Origin: a virus
UHGV virus genome: UHGV-0157394
Reading direction: 5' to 3' (one strand)
DNA length: 26,072 nucleotides
Shown in pieces: positions 7,817 to 17,378 of the stretch. A program made the translations under genes and the position numbers. The first letter of the stretch is position 1. Every line of letters begins with the position of its first letter. The notes beneath the pieces are model-generated. The model saw nothing but the letters and a program-made list of their open reading frames with translations. It did not search any database and was not told the DNA's origin.

Positions 7817-9649
7817 CTACCAAAATCGGGTATAGCCAACATCGTGATTTATATCAATGCCACTGGAGCGTGTTTCCGTAACCCGCATACCTGGTGGCAT
7901 ATTTATAAATGATACCTTGATCTCACCATCAACTTTTGGCGCGGTAGCTTTATTAATCATGAAGGGATTCGAGCCTGTGGCATCGGAGGCGTTGTTTGCC
8001 TGAGCCGGATCCACCGCCGGATAAGGAGTGTATCCCCGTGCCGGTATTCCCGTCCCATAAGCATCATAAGCACCCGCGCCCCACTGCGCAGAGTTAATGG
8101 CATCGACCGTGTCACCGGAACTGTCGGTAAACCACTCAATAATTGGCTTCAGCTTGTCCCACATATCCTGAAACCACTTAACAACCGGTCCCCAGTTATT
8201 GATTACCATCCCCAGCGGCGACCAGGCAAAAACCTTCTTCAGAAGTTCCCAGCCAGCCTCAAAATAAGGACCAATGGTTTCCCAGAGCTTCTTGAAATAA
8301 GGTCCGACAACATCCCAATTAGTGATAATTAATCCCGCAGCCAGGGCTATCGCCGTCGCAATCATTCCAATCGGCGTCATCGACATGATCCTGCTGACAA
8401 TACTGATGGCACCGCCAACGCCCATCAATCCCAGTTTCAGAATCGCAAGACCGGCAGCAAGCCCGACGACGCCGCGAATAACCCGGGGATTTTCATCCGC
8501 AAACTTCGTGAATTTCTCCCCCAACTCCCCCAGCCATTGCGTGATATTTTTGGCGTCACCAGAAAATGCGCCGCCAATAGCCGCAAGGCCGTTAGTTGCG
8601 GTCCCCGTCATTGCCTCCCACAGGTTGGACAGCGTACCAAGCTGGGCCTGAACACGTTTATTCAGGCTGGCCTGTTTATTCATCTTCTGCTGGATCTGAT
8701 CGTAACCATCCTTTCCTTTATCGATTAGTGCATTGACCACCTGAAGGGTTTCGGCATCATCACCAAATATTGCCTTAAGTACACCTGTTCGCTTAACGTC
8801 GGTCAGTTTTCGCAGCTTTGCCAGTTGCCTGAACATGTTATCAAGACCGCCAAAACTTCCTTTGCCGTCAGTAAAATCGAGCTGTACCCCGAGTCTCTGG
8901 CGGGCCATGACTTTATTGACGTCCCTGATTTTCTTAACGCTTAATCCGGACTGGATAACTTTTCGCAGGGCATTACCTGCCGACTCCCCGTTCATCCCCA
9001 TCTGATCCATCATGACGCTGATGGGGGCAAGGCTCTGTGCAGCCTGAAGACCGTCCTTGTTCACCATCTTCAGAACAGAACTGGTTTTAGTGAAGAAGGA
9101 CAACATGTTGGTATCGTCAACGCCCAGATAAAACGCCTTCTGGATAGTGTCGAACAGCCCCATCATGTCTTCTGACGCCGTTCCGGTAGCATCCTGCATC
9201 TTTGCAGCAAACTCAGCAGCCGCTTCCGGTGTTTTTTTCAGTTGTACCGCAAGATAAGCTGTCGCTTTACCCACACCACCCAGAATGTTTTCTGCCGGGA
9301 TCCCCTGACGCACCAGCATCTGCATCATGTTCTGGAAATCAGCCGTTGTACCGGGTAGCTGGTTACCCAGGCCAATAGCCAGTTTATTGATGTCCTGAAA
9401 GCTCTTTCCAACCTCGCCGTTCGCATCCATCATGGCGACTTTCAGCCCGGTGGCGGCGTTTTCCTGATCGGCATAAGATTTCAGGGAAAGCGTCAGACCC
9501 GCTGCCAGTCCGCCACCAAGCGCCAGCCCACCCTGTGACGCTTCTTCCGCCTGGCGTTTAAATCCCCGGATTTTCTTTTGCATTTTCGACAGCGCGGGAG
9601 AAAGCCTGTCGACACCGGTGATCAACGCCTTAAGCTCAAATTCCGCCAT
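7817..9649 (-). CDS. Tail tape measure protein
   Basis: 610-aa ORF after the chaperone pair; Ala/Gly-rich coiled regions, hydrophobic central segment, Trp-rich C-terminal region. Confidence 0.9.
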   Translation of the reverse strand: MAEFELKALITGVDRLSPALSKMQKKIRGFKRQAEEASQGGLALGGGLAAGLTLSLKSYADQENAATGLKVAMMDANGEVGKSFQDINKLAIGLGNQLPGTTADFQNMMQMLVRQGIPAENILGGVGKATAYLAVQLKKTPEAAAEFAAKMQDATGTASEDMMGLFDTIQKAFYLGVDDTNMLSFFTKTSSVLKMVNKDGLQAAQSLAPISVMMDQMGMNGESAGNALRKVIQSGLSVKKIRDVNKVMARQRLGVQLDFTDGKGSFGGLDNMFRQLAKLRKLTDVKRTGVLKAIFGDDAETLQVVNALIDKGKDGYDQIQQKMNKQASLNKRVQAQLGTLSNLWEAMTGTATNGLAAIGGAFSGDAKNITQWLGELGEKFTKFADENPRVIRGVVGLAAGLAILKLGLMGVGGAISIVSRIMSMTPIGMIATAIALAAGLIITNWDVVGPYFKKLWETIGPYFEAGWELLKKVFAWSPLGMVINNWGPVVKWFQDMWDKLKPIIEWFTDSSGDTVDAINSAQWGAGAYDAYGTGIPARGYTPYPAVDPAQANNASDATGSNPFMINKATAPKVDGEIKVSFINMPPGMRVTETRSSGIDINHDVGYTRFW

Positions 9650-9809
9650 GTGCGCGTTTCTCCTGCTCTATCCTGTTTGCCTGACTGACCAGCAAGGGAA
9701 TTTCACTGATCGGCATATTCAGCAATTCGAAGGGATTAATGCGCCAGTAGCTGGCGCAGTCAAAGAAGCGATCAGTGAGGTATTCAGCCGTCAGGCCTGG
9801 AGGAAAAAA
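9636..9809 (-). CDS. -1 frameshift extension of the tail assembly chaperone (gpGT / E+E'-like fusion product)
   Basis: Overlapping ORF in the -1 frame relative to 9791..10060; slippery heptamer T_TTT_TTC at 9803-9809 about 10 nt before the zero-frame stop. Confidence 0.6.
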   Translation of the reverse strand, partial: FFPPGLTAEYLTDRFFDCASYWRINPFELLNMPISEIPLLVSQANRIEQEKRAHGGI

Positions 9810-10060
9810 CCAGCCACAAGCCACGCCGCTGCATTCAGGTCTGCCGGAGACATCTGGTCGACAGAGCTTTGCGGCACTTTCGCCAGCCGCACAATGTATT
9901 TCGATACAACATGCGCCAGAAGTCTGACGGACTCATCCTGATTCATCTGGTAGGGATACCCCAGCTCGCGGACATCTTTCCCGGTGGGCTCATCAAACTC
10001 CAGTACGGAGAGTGTCTCGCCATGAGCGGTAATCGGTTTCTTTAACTCAAGCTCTTTCAT
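9791..10060 (-). CDS. Tail assembly chaperone (zero-frame product)
   Basis: 89-aa ORF between tail tube and tape measure, the conserved position for the frameshifted chaperone pair. Confidence 0.8.
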   Translation of the reverse strand: MKELELKKPITAHGETLSVLEFDEPTGKDVRELGYPYQMNQDESVRLLAHVVSKYIVRLAKVPQSSVDQMSPADLNAAAWLVAGFFLQA

Positions 10061-10416
10061 TACTGGTAATCCCCTTCTTCACCGTGGAACTCAAGATCAA
10101 CCGTGCCTTCTTCGGCATTATGGTTCGCTTCGCCGTGCAGCCAGGCTGACGACAATACATAGACCTGACCGTTCGCCAGCTCAGCAGTGATGGTCATCTC
10201 ATCAGACGAGGTGATTTTGCTCACCGGAAAATTCTTCGGCACCTTGAAGGTCCCTTTGACATAAGGCGCACGGTGAGTTTCCTTGCGGTCCACTGAACCG
10301 TCCAGGCCGATGATGTCATCATTGACCGTCCTGTTCATGGGCACCTCAATGCCGCCGGTCAGCGATAGCTGCTGACCGTCAATTTTGAAATAACAGGTTC
10401 CCCCGATACGGGCCAT
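10060..10416 (-). CDS. Contractile tail tube protein (Mu gpM-like)
   Basis: 118-aa ORF immediately downstream of the sheath gene. Confidence 0.85.
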   Translation of the reverse strand: MARIGGTCYFKIDGQQLSLTGGIEVPMNRTVNDDIIGLDGSVDRKETHRAPYVKGTFKVPKNFPVSKITSSDEMTITAELANGQVYVLSSAWLHGEANHNAEEGTVDLEFHGEEGDYQ

Positions 10417-11912
10417 TATGCAGACTCCTCTGAATACTGAAGACGGAACTGGTTAACCACGGCAAAAACACGCAACTGGTTAACATAGTCAGGCGGGAAC
10501 AGCGTGTTCAGGCGGTTCGGATCGCTGGCATCACGCTCAACAACCAGGTACTGCTTAAACAGTTCGTAGTTTTCCACGATCCCCGCACGCTCAAGCTGAC
10601 GGTAGGTTGCCAGCAGTTCCCCTTTGATTACCGCCGGGGTGACAATCGCCTGACCGGGACCAAAGCGGGTACCGTCGCTGGCAAGCTTGTGACGCCCGTA
10701 CTTACTGGTAATGACGGATTTCAGTTTGCGCAGTACATACGCACTGGTATGCAGCGTCTCGCTGTCGAGGTAGCTGTTATCCGCAACCCCGTAAGCATTT
10801 TTCCTGTACGTGGTGACATCACGCTGAATGCGCAGCCCCCCGCTTTCGACATACGCCGTTGCCACGCCATGAGACAGCAGGGTCTGCTGCTCGGTCATCG
10901 TGAACCGTTTCCCCTTCGGCGCAGGCAGCATCCCCACCAGCTCACCGGTCTGCGTGGGACGTGCCGGATCGTTGCGGATAAACACCGCTGCGCGGGCGGT
11001 ACGGCTTGCCGCCAGCTCGTCGGCAGGCGTCTGGGTCTCTTTTTCGTACCCCGCCAGGGTGATGTGCTGCTGGTTAAACTGGTCACCTGCGTTCACCAGT
11101 TCTGACAGTGTGCCGGTCTTTGCCGTATACACATGACCATACAGCTGACGCGCATAGCTCCAGCGACCGCTGGTATCGTTCATCTCGGTCACCAGCGTGT
11201 TAACGGAGGCCGTGTCGTTGAACGGCAGACCGATATAATCAAACGGCTCATCCGCCATGGCAGCCACCGCGCCGGTGAGAACCGGAGCGCCCGTTCCGGC
11301 GGTCCCCGTCGCCACGGCAATCTGTACGCCCGCTGGCAGCACTTCACCCCCACCGAAGCCGTAGTAATTGAGGCTGACAGGAACTTCATTCCCGCAAAGC
11401 CCCTTATGACGCGCGGTCAGCGTGACAACACCAGCCGAAGATGAAGCTGTAAACGGCAGAGTCGGAACGGCATTGATGGCATCCTGGATACTGCTGGCAA
11501 TCGTCGTGACGTTATCGCCGTTGGTCACCGGAGCCTGCACGCGGGTACGTCCCACATAGACATTCACCGTGCCGCTTTCGGTTGCTTCCCCGGTCACCGT
11601 CAGCGTAACCGTTGCCGCCGCGCCTGTGGATTCAGGAACGGCAATCACATACAGCTCGCCAAACGGGTCAGTCTGGCGATAAGCCTCGACCATACGCGCC
11701 AGCTGACTTCCCGCACCACAAATCTGGCGTGCATAGTCTGCCGACGGCATCAGTACCAGACTGTTGGCAACAATCTCTGCACCGTTATTGGCATGACCAA
11801 TCAGCAGCGATGCTCCGCTGTCCTGTGCAGTATTCGCCGCCTGGTTATCCATTTCCGCATAAAACAACGGAACCAGCGTATTCGACGGAATGGTGTTAAA
11901 GCTTATCGTCAT
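10416..11912 (-). CDS. Contractile tail sheath protein (Mu gpL-like)
   Basis: 498-aa ORF, with size and position typical of myovirus sheath. Confidence 0.9.
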   Translation of the reverse strand: MTISFNTIPSNTLVPLFYAEMDNQAANTAQDSGASLLIGHANNGAEIVANSLVLMPSADYARQICGAGSQLARMVEAYRQTDPFGELYVIAVPESTGAAATVTLTVTGEATESGTVNVYVGRTRVQAPVTNGDNVTTIASSIQDAINAVPTLPFTASSSAGVVTLTARHKGLCGNEVPVSLNYYGFGGGEVLPAGVQIAVATGTAGTGAPVLTGAVAAMADEPFDYIGLPFNDTASVNTLVTEMNDTSGRWSYARQLYGHVYTAKTGTLSELVNAGDQFNQQHITLAGYEKETQTPADELAASRTARAAVFIRNDPARPTQTGELVGMLPAPKGKRFTMTEQQTLLSHGVATAYVESGGLRIQRDVTTYRKNAYGVADNSYLDSETLHTSAYVLRKLKSVITSKYGRHKLASDGTRFGPGQAIVTPAVIKGELLATYRQLERAGIVENYELFKQYLVVERDASDPNRLNTLFPPDYVNQLRVFAVVNQFRLQYSEESA

Positions 11913-12066
11913 CGGTGTTCACCTTTTTATTCACGCGCCGGATATCACCCGCTGCTTCACGGCGCAGCCAGTAGTTGTTCTCGTCAACATTTCGCCCTTC
12001 GGCGGGCAAAAGGTCGCCGCGGGCAGGGTCAGGCACTGACCGCCCTTTAACAGGTTTGACAAACAT
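11896..12066 (-). CDS. Small protein (56 aa) preceding the sheath gene; possibly a DUF2635-type Mu-like phage protein
   Basis: Not in the ORF track (under 60 aa); hand-translated as MFVKPVKGRSVPDPARGDLLPAEGRNVDENNYWLRREAAGDIRRVNKKVNTDDDKL; GAGG 9 nt upstream of ATG; overlaps the sheath start. Confidence 0.35.
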   Translation of the reverse strand: MFVKPVKGRSVPDPARGDLLPAEGRNVDENNYWLRREAAGDIRRVNKKVNTDDDKL

Positions 12067-12074
12067 GAGGATCC

Positions 12075-12635
12075 TCAGGAAGGAAGGGTTATTTCGGTGT
12101 GATGTTCGATATCGCCGTCAGGCCCGTTACCGGGATCGAGATAATCAACATCAATCGCCAGCGTTCGCAGTTCATCCAGACTGTTCAGCTCATCCTGCTG
12201 GCGGGTATCGTCTTCGGTCAGCTCGCTGATGACCGAAAAATCGAACTGATAAATCAGCTCATGACGATTCAGATCCAGCAGCGTGCCGCCGTCATAGGTA
12301 ATCGGGTTACCGCACGCTTCCGGGTTCCAGCCCAGCAGGGCCTTAAAGAGCATCTGCCGGACATCGTCCACCACATCATACGAAGCAAACTGACCGCGCT
12401 CATCACGCCCGTTACTCAGTATGACAACCACGGAGAAGCCCTCTTTCAGCTCCTGCCAGTAGTCGGTCTGGCTTTTGTTTTCTCCCGGAGAATCATCCCC
12501 CGGTACCACATACGCCGCCGGGAGTCTCAGCTTTCCGACCTCCGGCAGATTTTTGAACTGTGCCGCGCCTGCCACCCGGTTTTCAAAATACGGGCAGCGG
12601 GCACGCAGCGCAGCAATAACAGGCGTCAGTTTCAT
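12075..12635 (-). CDS. Tail-associated structural protein (Mu-like, DUF1834-type; tail terminator or sheath-proximal)
   Basis: 186-aa ORF between head-tail joining genes and sheath. Confidence 0.65.
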   Translation of the reverse strand: MKLTPVIAALRARCPYFENRVAGAAQFKNLPEVGKLRLPAAYVVPGDDSPGENKSQTDYWQELKEGFSVVVILSNGRDERGQFASYDVVDDVRQMLFKALLGWNPEACGNPITYDGGTLLDLNRHELIYQFDFSVISELTEDDTRQQDELNSLDELRTLAIDVDYLDPGNGPDGDIEHHTEITLPS

Positions 12636-13138
12636 CTGTGTCGTCGCTCCGGCTTCAGTGATTTACGCAATTCCCGCGCCAGAAAATAGCGTGTCCAGCT
12701 GTGGTTCTTTTCAAGCGTTTCCACCATGAAGTTATTACGTGGAGCCAGTCGCCAGCCGCTGCCACCGGATGCACCACGATGATGGCTGCGACGACGCTTT
12801 GCACCTCGCCTCACGCCATAGAACAAAAAAGCCGGATAAAAATCACCGGTGATACGGCGGTTTCCCTCTCCATTACGCTGGTTAGGGGCTATACGTGCCA
12901 TAAAACCAGGGCGATGTTTACTGGCTCTGGGTACCATGTAACCAATCGAACGAGCCAGGCGTCCGGTCTGATAACCGGGGTTTTCACCTGGTGCCGACCG
13001 CGCACGGCGCATCACCAGCCGACGGGCATCACGCATATGACGCTGACCAATCGTGACAAACGCCCGCCGGACACGGGCGCGGTTAAAGCGCATCTCCGCG
13101 GGCTGCTGAAAATCAACGTGCAAAAAGGAAGTCGTCAT
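12632..13138 (-). CDS. HK97 gp10-like tail completion / virion morphogenesis protein
   Basis: 168-aa Arg-rich ORF in the head-tail joining block. Confidence 0.65.
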   Translation of the reverse strand: MTTSFLHVDFQQPAEMRFNRARVRRAFVTIGQRHMRDARRLVMRRARSAPGENPGYQTGRLARSIGYMVPRASKHRPGFMARIAPNQRNGEGNRRITGDFYPAFLFYGVRRGAKRRRSHHRGASGGSGWRLAPRNNFMVETLEKNHSWTRYFLARELRKSLKPERRHR

Positions 13139-13523
13139 TGTTGCCTCCGTGACTCTGCCTACATTCGCCCAGCTCCGTACACTCCAGCAGCAGAAAGCGC
13201 CGCGCCCCGTTCAGATCGCGCTGACGTTTCACCCGGTACACACTGTCACCCCAGACCACCTCATAATCAGCGGTGATCCCCCGGCGGTAACGAATGGTGA
13301 TGTAATGGGTGATGGCGTCACCGGTCTGCGCGGTTTCCTGCCAGGTGGTGGCACTGGTCTGGACAACCTTCGCCCATGTCCGGAACGCAACCGGGTATTG
13401 AGGCTCCACGCCAAAGTTATCCGCGGGCATATCCACCCGCTGGCGGATCAGGACGCGTTTATTCAGTTCACCGGGGTCCGGCAGAATGTAGGTTGCGCTG
13501 GTCTGCGCCTGACGAATTTTCAT
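13113..13523 (-). CDS. Head-tail joining / head closure protein
   Basis: 136-aa ORF following the gp6-like connector. Confidence 0.7.
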   Translation of the reverse strand: MKIRQAQTSATYILPDPGELNKRVLIRQRVDMPADNFGVEPQYPVAFRTWAKVVQTSATTWQETAQTGDAITHYITIRYRRGITADYEVVWGDSVYRVKRQRDLNGARRFLLLECTELGECRQSHGGNNDDFLFAR

Positions 13524-13843
13524 TGCGGAAAGTACCTGTACGGGCCGACAAGCCAGCCAAAACTCTGCGGCATGTCGAGTTTCTCCACTTCAGTAACCGA
13601 CGAGCGGTTTTCGTAAAAATGGCTGATAAGCATCAGCATCCCCAGACGAATATCATCCGGCAGGTGCAGCCCGTCCGGATCGCTGTCCGGAATGGTTTCA
13701 TCCGGTGCATAGAGCTTCCGGTTCAGATACGTTTCCGTCCGCTTTTGTGCCGCACAGGCCAGCAGTTGCAGATGGCGGTCATCAGTATCGAAATCCTCAT
13801 CCAGCCGGAGTTGGGCTTTAATCTCTTCCATTGTCAGAAGCAT
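13520..13843 (-). CDS. Head-tail connector protein (gp6-like, DNA packaging)
   Basis: 107-aa acidic ORF downstream of the capsid gene. Confidence 0.75.
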   Translation of the reverse strand: MLLTMEEIKAQLRLDEDFDTDDRHLQLLACAAQKRTETYLNRKLYAPDETIPDSDPDGLHLPDDIRLGMLMLISHFYENRSSVTEVEKLDMPQSFGWLVGPYRYFPQ

Positions 13844-13845
13844 AC

Positions 13846-14046
13846 TCAGCCCTCTTTACTGGTCGTGGCTTTTTTCTCTTTTGCCGCTTTACTGCTTTTT
13901 GCACTGATTCCGCGCTCTGCTAACCCGGCCTGAAGTGCAATCTCCTGCACCCGGGCAGGAAGCGCCCCGTCGTCATACTCACCGGCCCGAATGACCTCAA
14001 CACGCATACCGTCCGGTGACCATTTCAGATCTTGTTTCAGGATCAT
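13846..14046 (-). CDS. Small hypothetical head-region protein (66 aa, Lys-rich C-terminus)
   Basis: ORF packed tightly between capsid and connector genes; no recognisable family. Confidence 0.45.
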   Translation of the reverse strand: MILKQDLKWSPDGMRVEVIRAGEYDDGALPARVQEIALQAGLAERGISAKSSKAAKEKKATTSKEG

Positions 14047-14067
14047 GATTCTTCACCCGTCAGAACA

Positions 14068-14088
14068 GGGGGCGCGGTTCCGCGCCCC
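14068..14088 (-). other. GC-rich hairpin immediately 3' of the major capsid gene
   Basis: GGGGGCGCGG-tt-CCGCGCCCC 9-10 bp stem; no U-tract follows on the coding strand. Confidence 0.5.
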
Positions 14089-14095
14089 TGAGTGA

Positions 14096-15301
14096 TTACG
14101 CCGCTGCAATCTTCAGCAGTTTGATGGCCTGCGAATCGACCAGCATCCCGCCGGTGCGCTTGGTGGTATAAAAACCGACAAACGGTTTATTGGTGTACGG
14201 GTCACGCAGAATGCGGGTGCCGATACGGTCAACGATGGTGTAACCCCGTTTGAAGTTACCAAATGCAATGGCTTTCGCATCAGCAGCGATATCCGGCATC
14301 TGTTCGTTTTCAGCGATACCGTAACCCGCCAGAGAGGACGGCTGCCCCAGTTCCAGCCCCGGACGCCACAGATAGTTACCCTCGCTGTCTTTCAGCAGAC
14401 GGATGGCAAACAGGCTGTTGTTGTTCATCATGAACTTCGCGCCAGTGCGGTGTGCCTTACGCAGCGTGTAAATCAGTTTGATAATGGCGTCTGCGGTCAC
14501 CGTCGTCGCTTCACCGGATACAATATGCTGAAGTTTACCGAACGCACGAACCTTATCGGTTTCATCAGTGGATTCATACGCCAGGAACCCTTTCGGCTTC
14601 TTGGTGCCATCGCCTGAGGTAAAGGCAATTTCTTCCTGTTCGGCAAATTCGGTTGCCAGCTCGCTGTTGATCCAGGCCTCCACGTTGAAGAAGGCATCGT
14701 CCAGCATTTTCTGGGTAGCCTGCGGGTTGCCGTAAATTTCCCCCATGAGAGGTTCAATCAGCTCCAGTCTGGAGGTGGCAGTCTGGGATCGCGTATCCGT
14801 TTCCCCCACCCATCCGGAAGCCGTACCGCCCAGATTCACCAGTTTTTTGTAGTCGGAACCGCCAACGGTGATCACCGTGGCTTCCTGACGCATCACCACT
14901 TCATCTTTCAGCAGGTTAAGAATGTTGCGATCCAGTTCTTCCGGCACGGCGTAGCCACCGTCTTCATCGGTACCCACCTGCAATGCCTTACGCTCCAGAT
15001 CGCGCAGACCGTCTTCACGGCCTTTACGCAGGAAGCCCACAAACGCCTCTTTATGCTCGGTGGCCAGTTTATTTTGCGCTCCACCAGCCGGACGTTTCAG
15101 CTCAAGCAGCTCTTTTTCAAGGTCGCTTTTGAGATTTTCCAGCTCGCTGAGTTTCCCGTTCAGGGTTTCCACCTGCCCGGCAAGCTTGCCTTTTTCCTGC
15201 TCAATCGCATCCACGCGCTTGTCGTTCTTTGCTTTGAAGTCGTCAAACTTCTGCTGCAGCTCCTGCGCGACCTGTTCGACATCTTTAATATCAACCGCCA
15301 T
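14096..15301 (-). CDS. Major capsid protein, HK97 family (with N-terminal delta/scaffold domain)
   Basis: 401 aa; coiled-coil Lys/Glu-rich N-terminus followed by an HK97-fold-like body; preceded by prohead protease and portal. Confidence 0.95.
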   Translation of the reverse strand: MAVDIKDVEQVAQELQQKFDDFKAKNDKRVDAIEQEKGKLAGQVETLNGKLSELENLKSDLEKELLELKRPAGGAQNKLATEHKEAFVGFLRKGREDGLRDLERKALQVGTDEDGGYAVPEELDRNILNLLKDEVVMRQEATVITVGGSDYKKLVNLGGTASGWVGETDTRSQTATSRLELIEPLMGEIYGNPQATQKMLDDAFFNVEAWINSELATEFAEQEEIAFTSGDGTKKPKGFLAYESTDETDKVRAFGKLQHIVSGEATTVTADAIIKLIYTLRKAHRTGAKFMMNNNSLFAIRLLKDSEGNYLWRPGLELGQPSSLAGYGIAENEQMPDIAADAKAIAFGNFKRGYTIVDRIGTRILRDPYTNKPFVGFYTTKRTGGMLVDSQAIKLLKIAAA

Positions 15302-15315
15302 CGTATTTCTCCTGA

Positions 15316-16002
15316 TTAGAAGTTCAGATTTTTCAGTGCATTCAGTGCAGAGCCCACATCCTCAGCGTCGCGCAGGGACAGTGCGCCATAGCCCCCGGCC
15401 ATGAATGCTTTGGCCTGGGTACGGGAGAGTCCGACATCACGCAGGACTCTTTCGATTTTTTTCTGTTCGGGGATTTCCCCGCGGGCCAGTGCGTTCTTGA
15501 CGTCGCTGATCCGCGCCTCGTCGTTAGACGGGAACGTCACCAGGCTGACTTCCCAGAGGTCGATTTCTTTCAGCAGAAAGGCTTCTTTGCTCCGGTCGTA
15601 TTCCCAGTCTTTCAGGACGTACCCAATAGAAAGGCCGGTTAACGAACCGGCCTTCATGTGTGCATGTGCGCGTTTTGCGAGGGGATCATCATCAATAAGC
15701 AACCGTCCCCTGACGTAAAGCCCGACATCGTCTTCCTTCATTTCGGTGTAAACACCGATGGGTTCATCCATGCGGTGCTGCCAGAGCAGCGCAGGTAACG
15801 CTTTTCTGTCACTCCACGCCCGCAGGGAAGCAGCAAATGCCCCGGACATCACCACATCATCGTGGCTGTCCTTTACACCAAAGACGGAGCCATACCCTTC
15901 AAACTCACCGGAGTCACTGACAGATTTCAGACTCAGCGGTACATCAAGACGTTGTTTCGTCTGCATTGGCGTTATCCTTCTGCTTACCGGCTTTACTGCC
16001 AT
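15316..16002 (-). CDS. Prohead maturation protease, HK97 family
   Basis: 228 aa with FEGYGSVFG...DVVMSGAF motif typical of HK97 gp4-type proteases. Confidence 0.9.
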   Translation of the reverse strand: MAVKPVSRRITPMQTKQRLDVPLSLKSVSDSGEFEGYGSVFGVKDSHDDVVMSGAFAASLRAWSDRKALPALLWQHRMDEPIGVYTEMKEDDVGLYVRGRLLIDDDPLAKRAHAHMKAGSLTGLSIGYVLKDWEYDRSKEAFLLKEIDLWEVSLVTFPSNDEARISDVKNALARGEIPEQKKIERVLRDVGLSRTQAKAFMAGGYGALSLRDAEDVGSALNALKNLNF

Positions 16003-17185
16003 CGGAGGGTTTCGTGGTCATGTTCATCGGTGTGAGATAGACATCACCACCGGGACGCGGATTCATATCTTCCAGGTCGCGGCAGTCATTGGGAGAGTAA
16101 ATTCCCCAGTTAATCCCGGTGGCGTAGGCTTCAAAACGGGACTTCATATCCCCGCGCAGTAACGCCCCGGCGTTAAATTTGGCGTAATAAACGCCCTGCT
16201 TACTTTTTCGTACCAGTCCGGTGTTGATCCGCTGCTCAATGCGGGTCAGATACGGCACCAGTGAATAGTTGATAAATCCCAGCCCCAGTTCTTCGATATT
16301 GTTGAAGGTGGCACGATCGGTGTTCTGCACCATGTGCAATGGCACACGGAACAGACGACAGATTTCTTCAAGCTGAAACTTGCGGGTTTCCAGGAACTGG
16401 CTGTCCTCGGCGTTCAGCGCCATCGACTTCCAGTCCAGCCCCATCTCAAGGATCATCGGGCGGTGAGCATTGCCAAGCCCGGTGTGACGCTCCTCAAAAT
16501 CTTTCTTCAGGCGCTCATAAGCCTGATCTGACAGCGTCTGCTCTGTACGCAACACACCCGACGTCACCGCGCCATTGCTGAACAGTCTGGCCCCGTGCTC
16601 TTCGGTCGCTGCCGCCAGCGATATTGCCTCGCGGGCATAGGCGATGGGATTCAGCCCCACCAGTCCGTCAAGCGTCAGCGTGCGCACATGCCAGATATCC
16701 TCCTGGCTCAGTACATCCGTGGAGCCATCCGGGAATGTGACCTGATAGACCGGCTCCCAGCTACTGTTAAGCTTCGGTACCACACTGCCGGGATCGACGG
16801 GCAGCAGTTCAGCCACTTCGCCAAATGCTTTCACTTTGTAGGCGTAAAAGTTTCCCCGCAGGCACAGACAGGTGACCACCAGCTCCCAGAACTCCTGCGG
16901 CGTCATATAGCCATTGGGATGCGTGGAGATCAGCTTATGCAGACGTTCGCCAGTGGCTCTCTGCTTCAGGCTGCCGTTCAGGTGATACAGATTGCAGGGC
17001 AACATCCCGACCGACTCTGCCAGCACCCTGACGCAGGAAAAAACCGCCGTCAGTCGCATGGCCCGCTGGCTGCTGATCTGCTTTCCGGTATAGGTGTCGT
17101 ATGACAGCCCGATAGCATCCGCCAGCTCTGCTGGCGTGGTCACCGGTGTGTCACTTTTTCGTTGAAATAATCCCGAAAAGAACAC
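15944..17185 (-). CDS. Portal protein, HK97 family
   Basis: 413-aa ORF between terminase and protease. Confidence 0.95.
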   Translation of the reverse strand: MFFSGLFQRKSDTPVTTPAELADAIGLSYDTYTGKQISSQRAMRLTAVFSCVRVLAESVGMLPCNLYHLNGSLKQRATGERLHKLISTHPNGYMTPQEFWELVVTCLCLRGNFYAYKVKAFGEVAELLPVDPGSVVPKLNSSWEPVYQVTFPDGSTDVLSQEDIWHVRTLTLDGLVGLNPIAYAREAISLAAATEEHGARLFSNGAVTSGVLRTEQTLSDQAYERLKKDFEERHTGLGNAHRPMILEMGLDWKSMALNAEDSQFLETRKFQLEEICRLFRVPLHMVQNTDRATFNNIEELGLGFINYSLVPYLTRIEQRINTGLVRKSKQGVYYAKFNAGALLRGDMKSRFEAYATGINWGIYSPNDCRDLEDMNPRPGGDVYLTPMNMTTKPSDGSKAGKQKDNANADETTS

Positions 17186-17367
17186 TATTTACCTCCACCA
17201 ACAGACAGCTGTGTACGGTCGAGATATCGCGCCACCAGCCACGACCAGAACAGGCACAACGCCCCGGCAACAACAAACCCCGCAGGGGGATAAATCAGCC
17301 AGGCACCATACGCCAGCAAAAGCACCCCCAGCACGCCCACCAGAGGCGCGAGAATCAGCATGATCAT
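17185..17367 (-). CDS. Small hydrophobic protein (60 aa, two predicted TM segments)
   Basis: ORF between terminase large subunit and portal; entirely hydrophobic except the C-terminal tail. Confidence 0.5.
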   Translation of the reverse strand: MIMLILAPLVGVLGVLLLAYGAWLIYPPAGFVVAGALCLFWSWLVARYLDRTQLSVGGGK

Positions 17368-17378
17368 AATTACCTCAG

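Noticed and set aside
1944-17104. Many plus-strand ORFs of 60-200 aa antisense to the structural genes (for example 3768..4226, 12099..12689, 12701..13276, 13376..13933, 16595..17104)
   Set aside because: Typical shadow ORFs on the antisense strand of GC-rich coding sequence; they have Arg/Pro/Gly-rich compositions, lack RBS and overlap well-supported minus-strand genes
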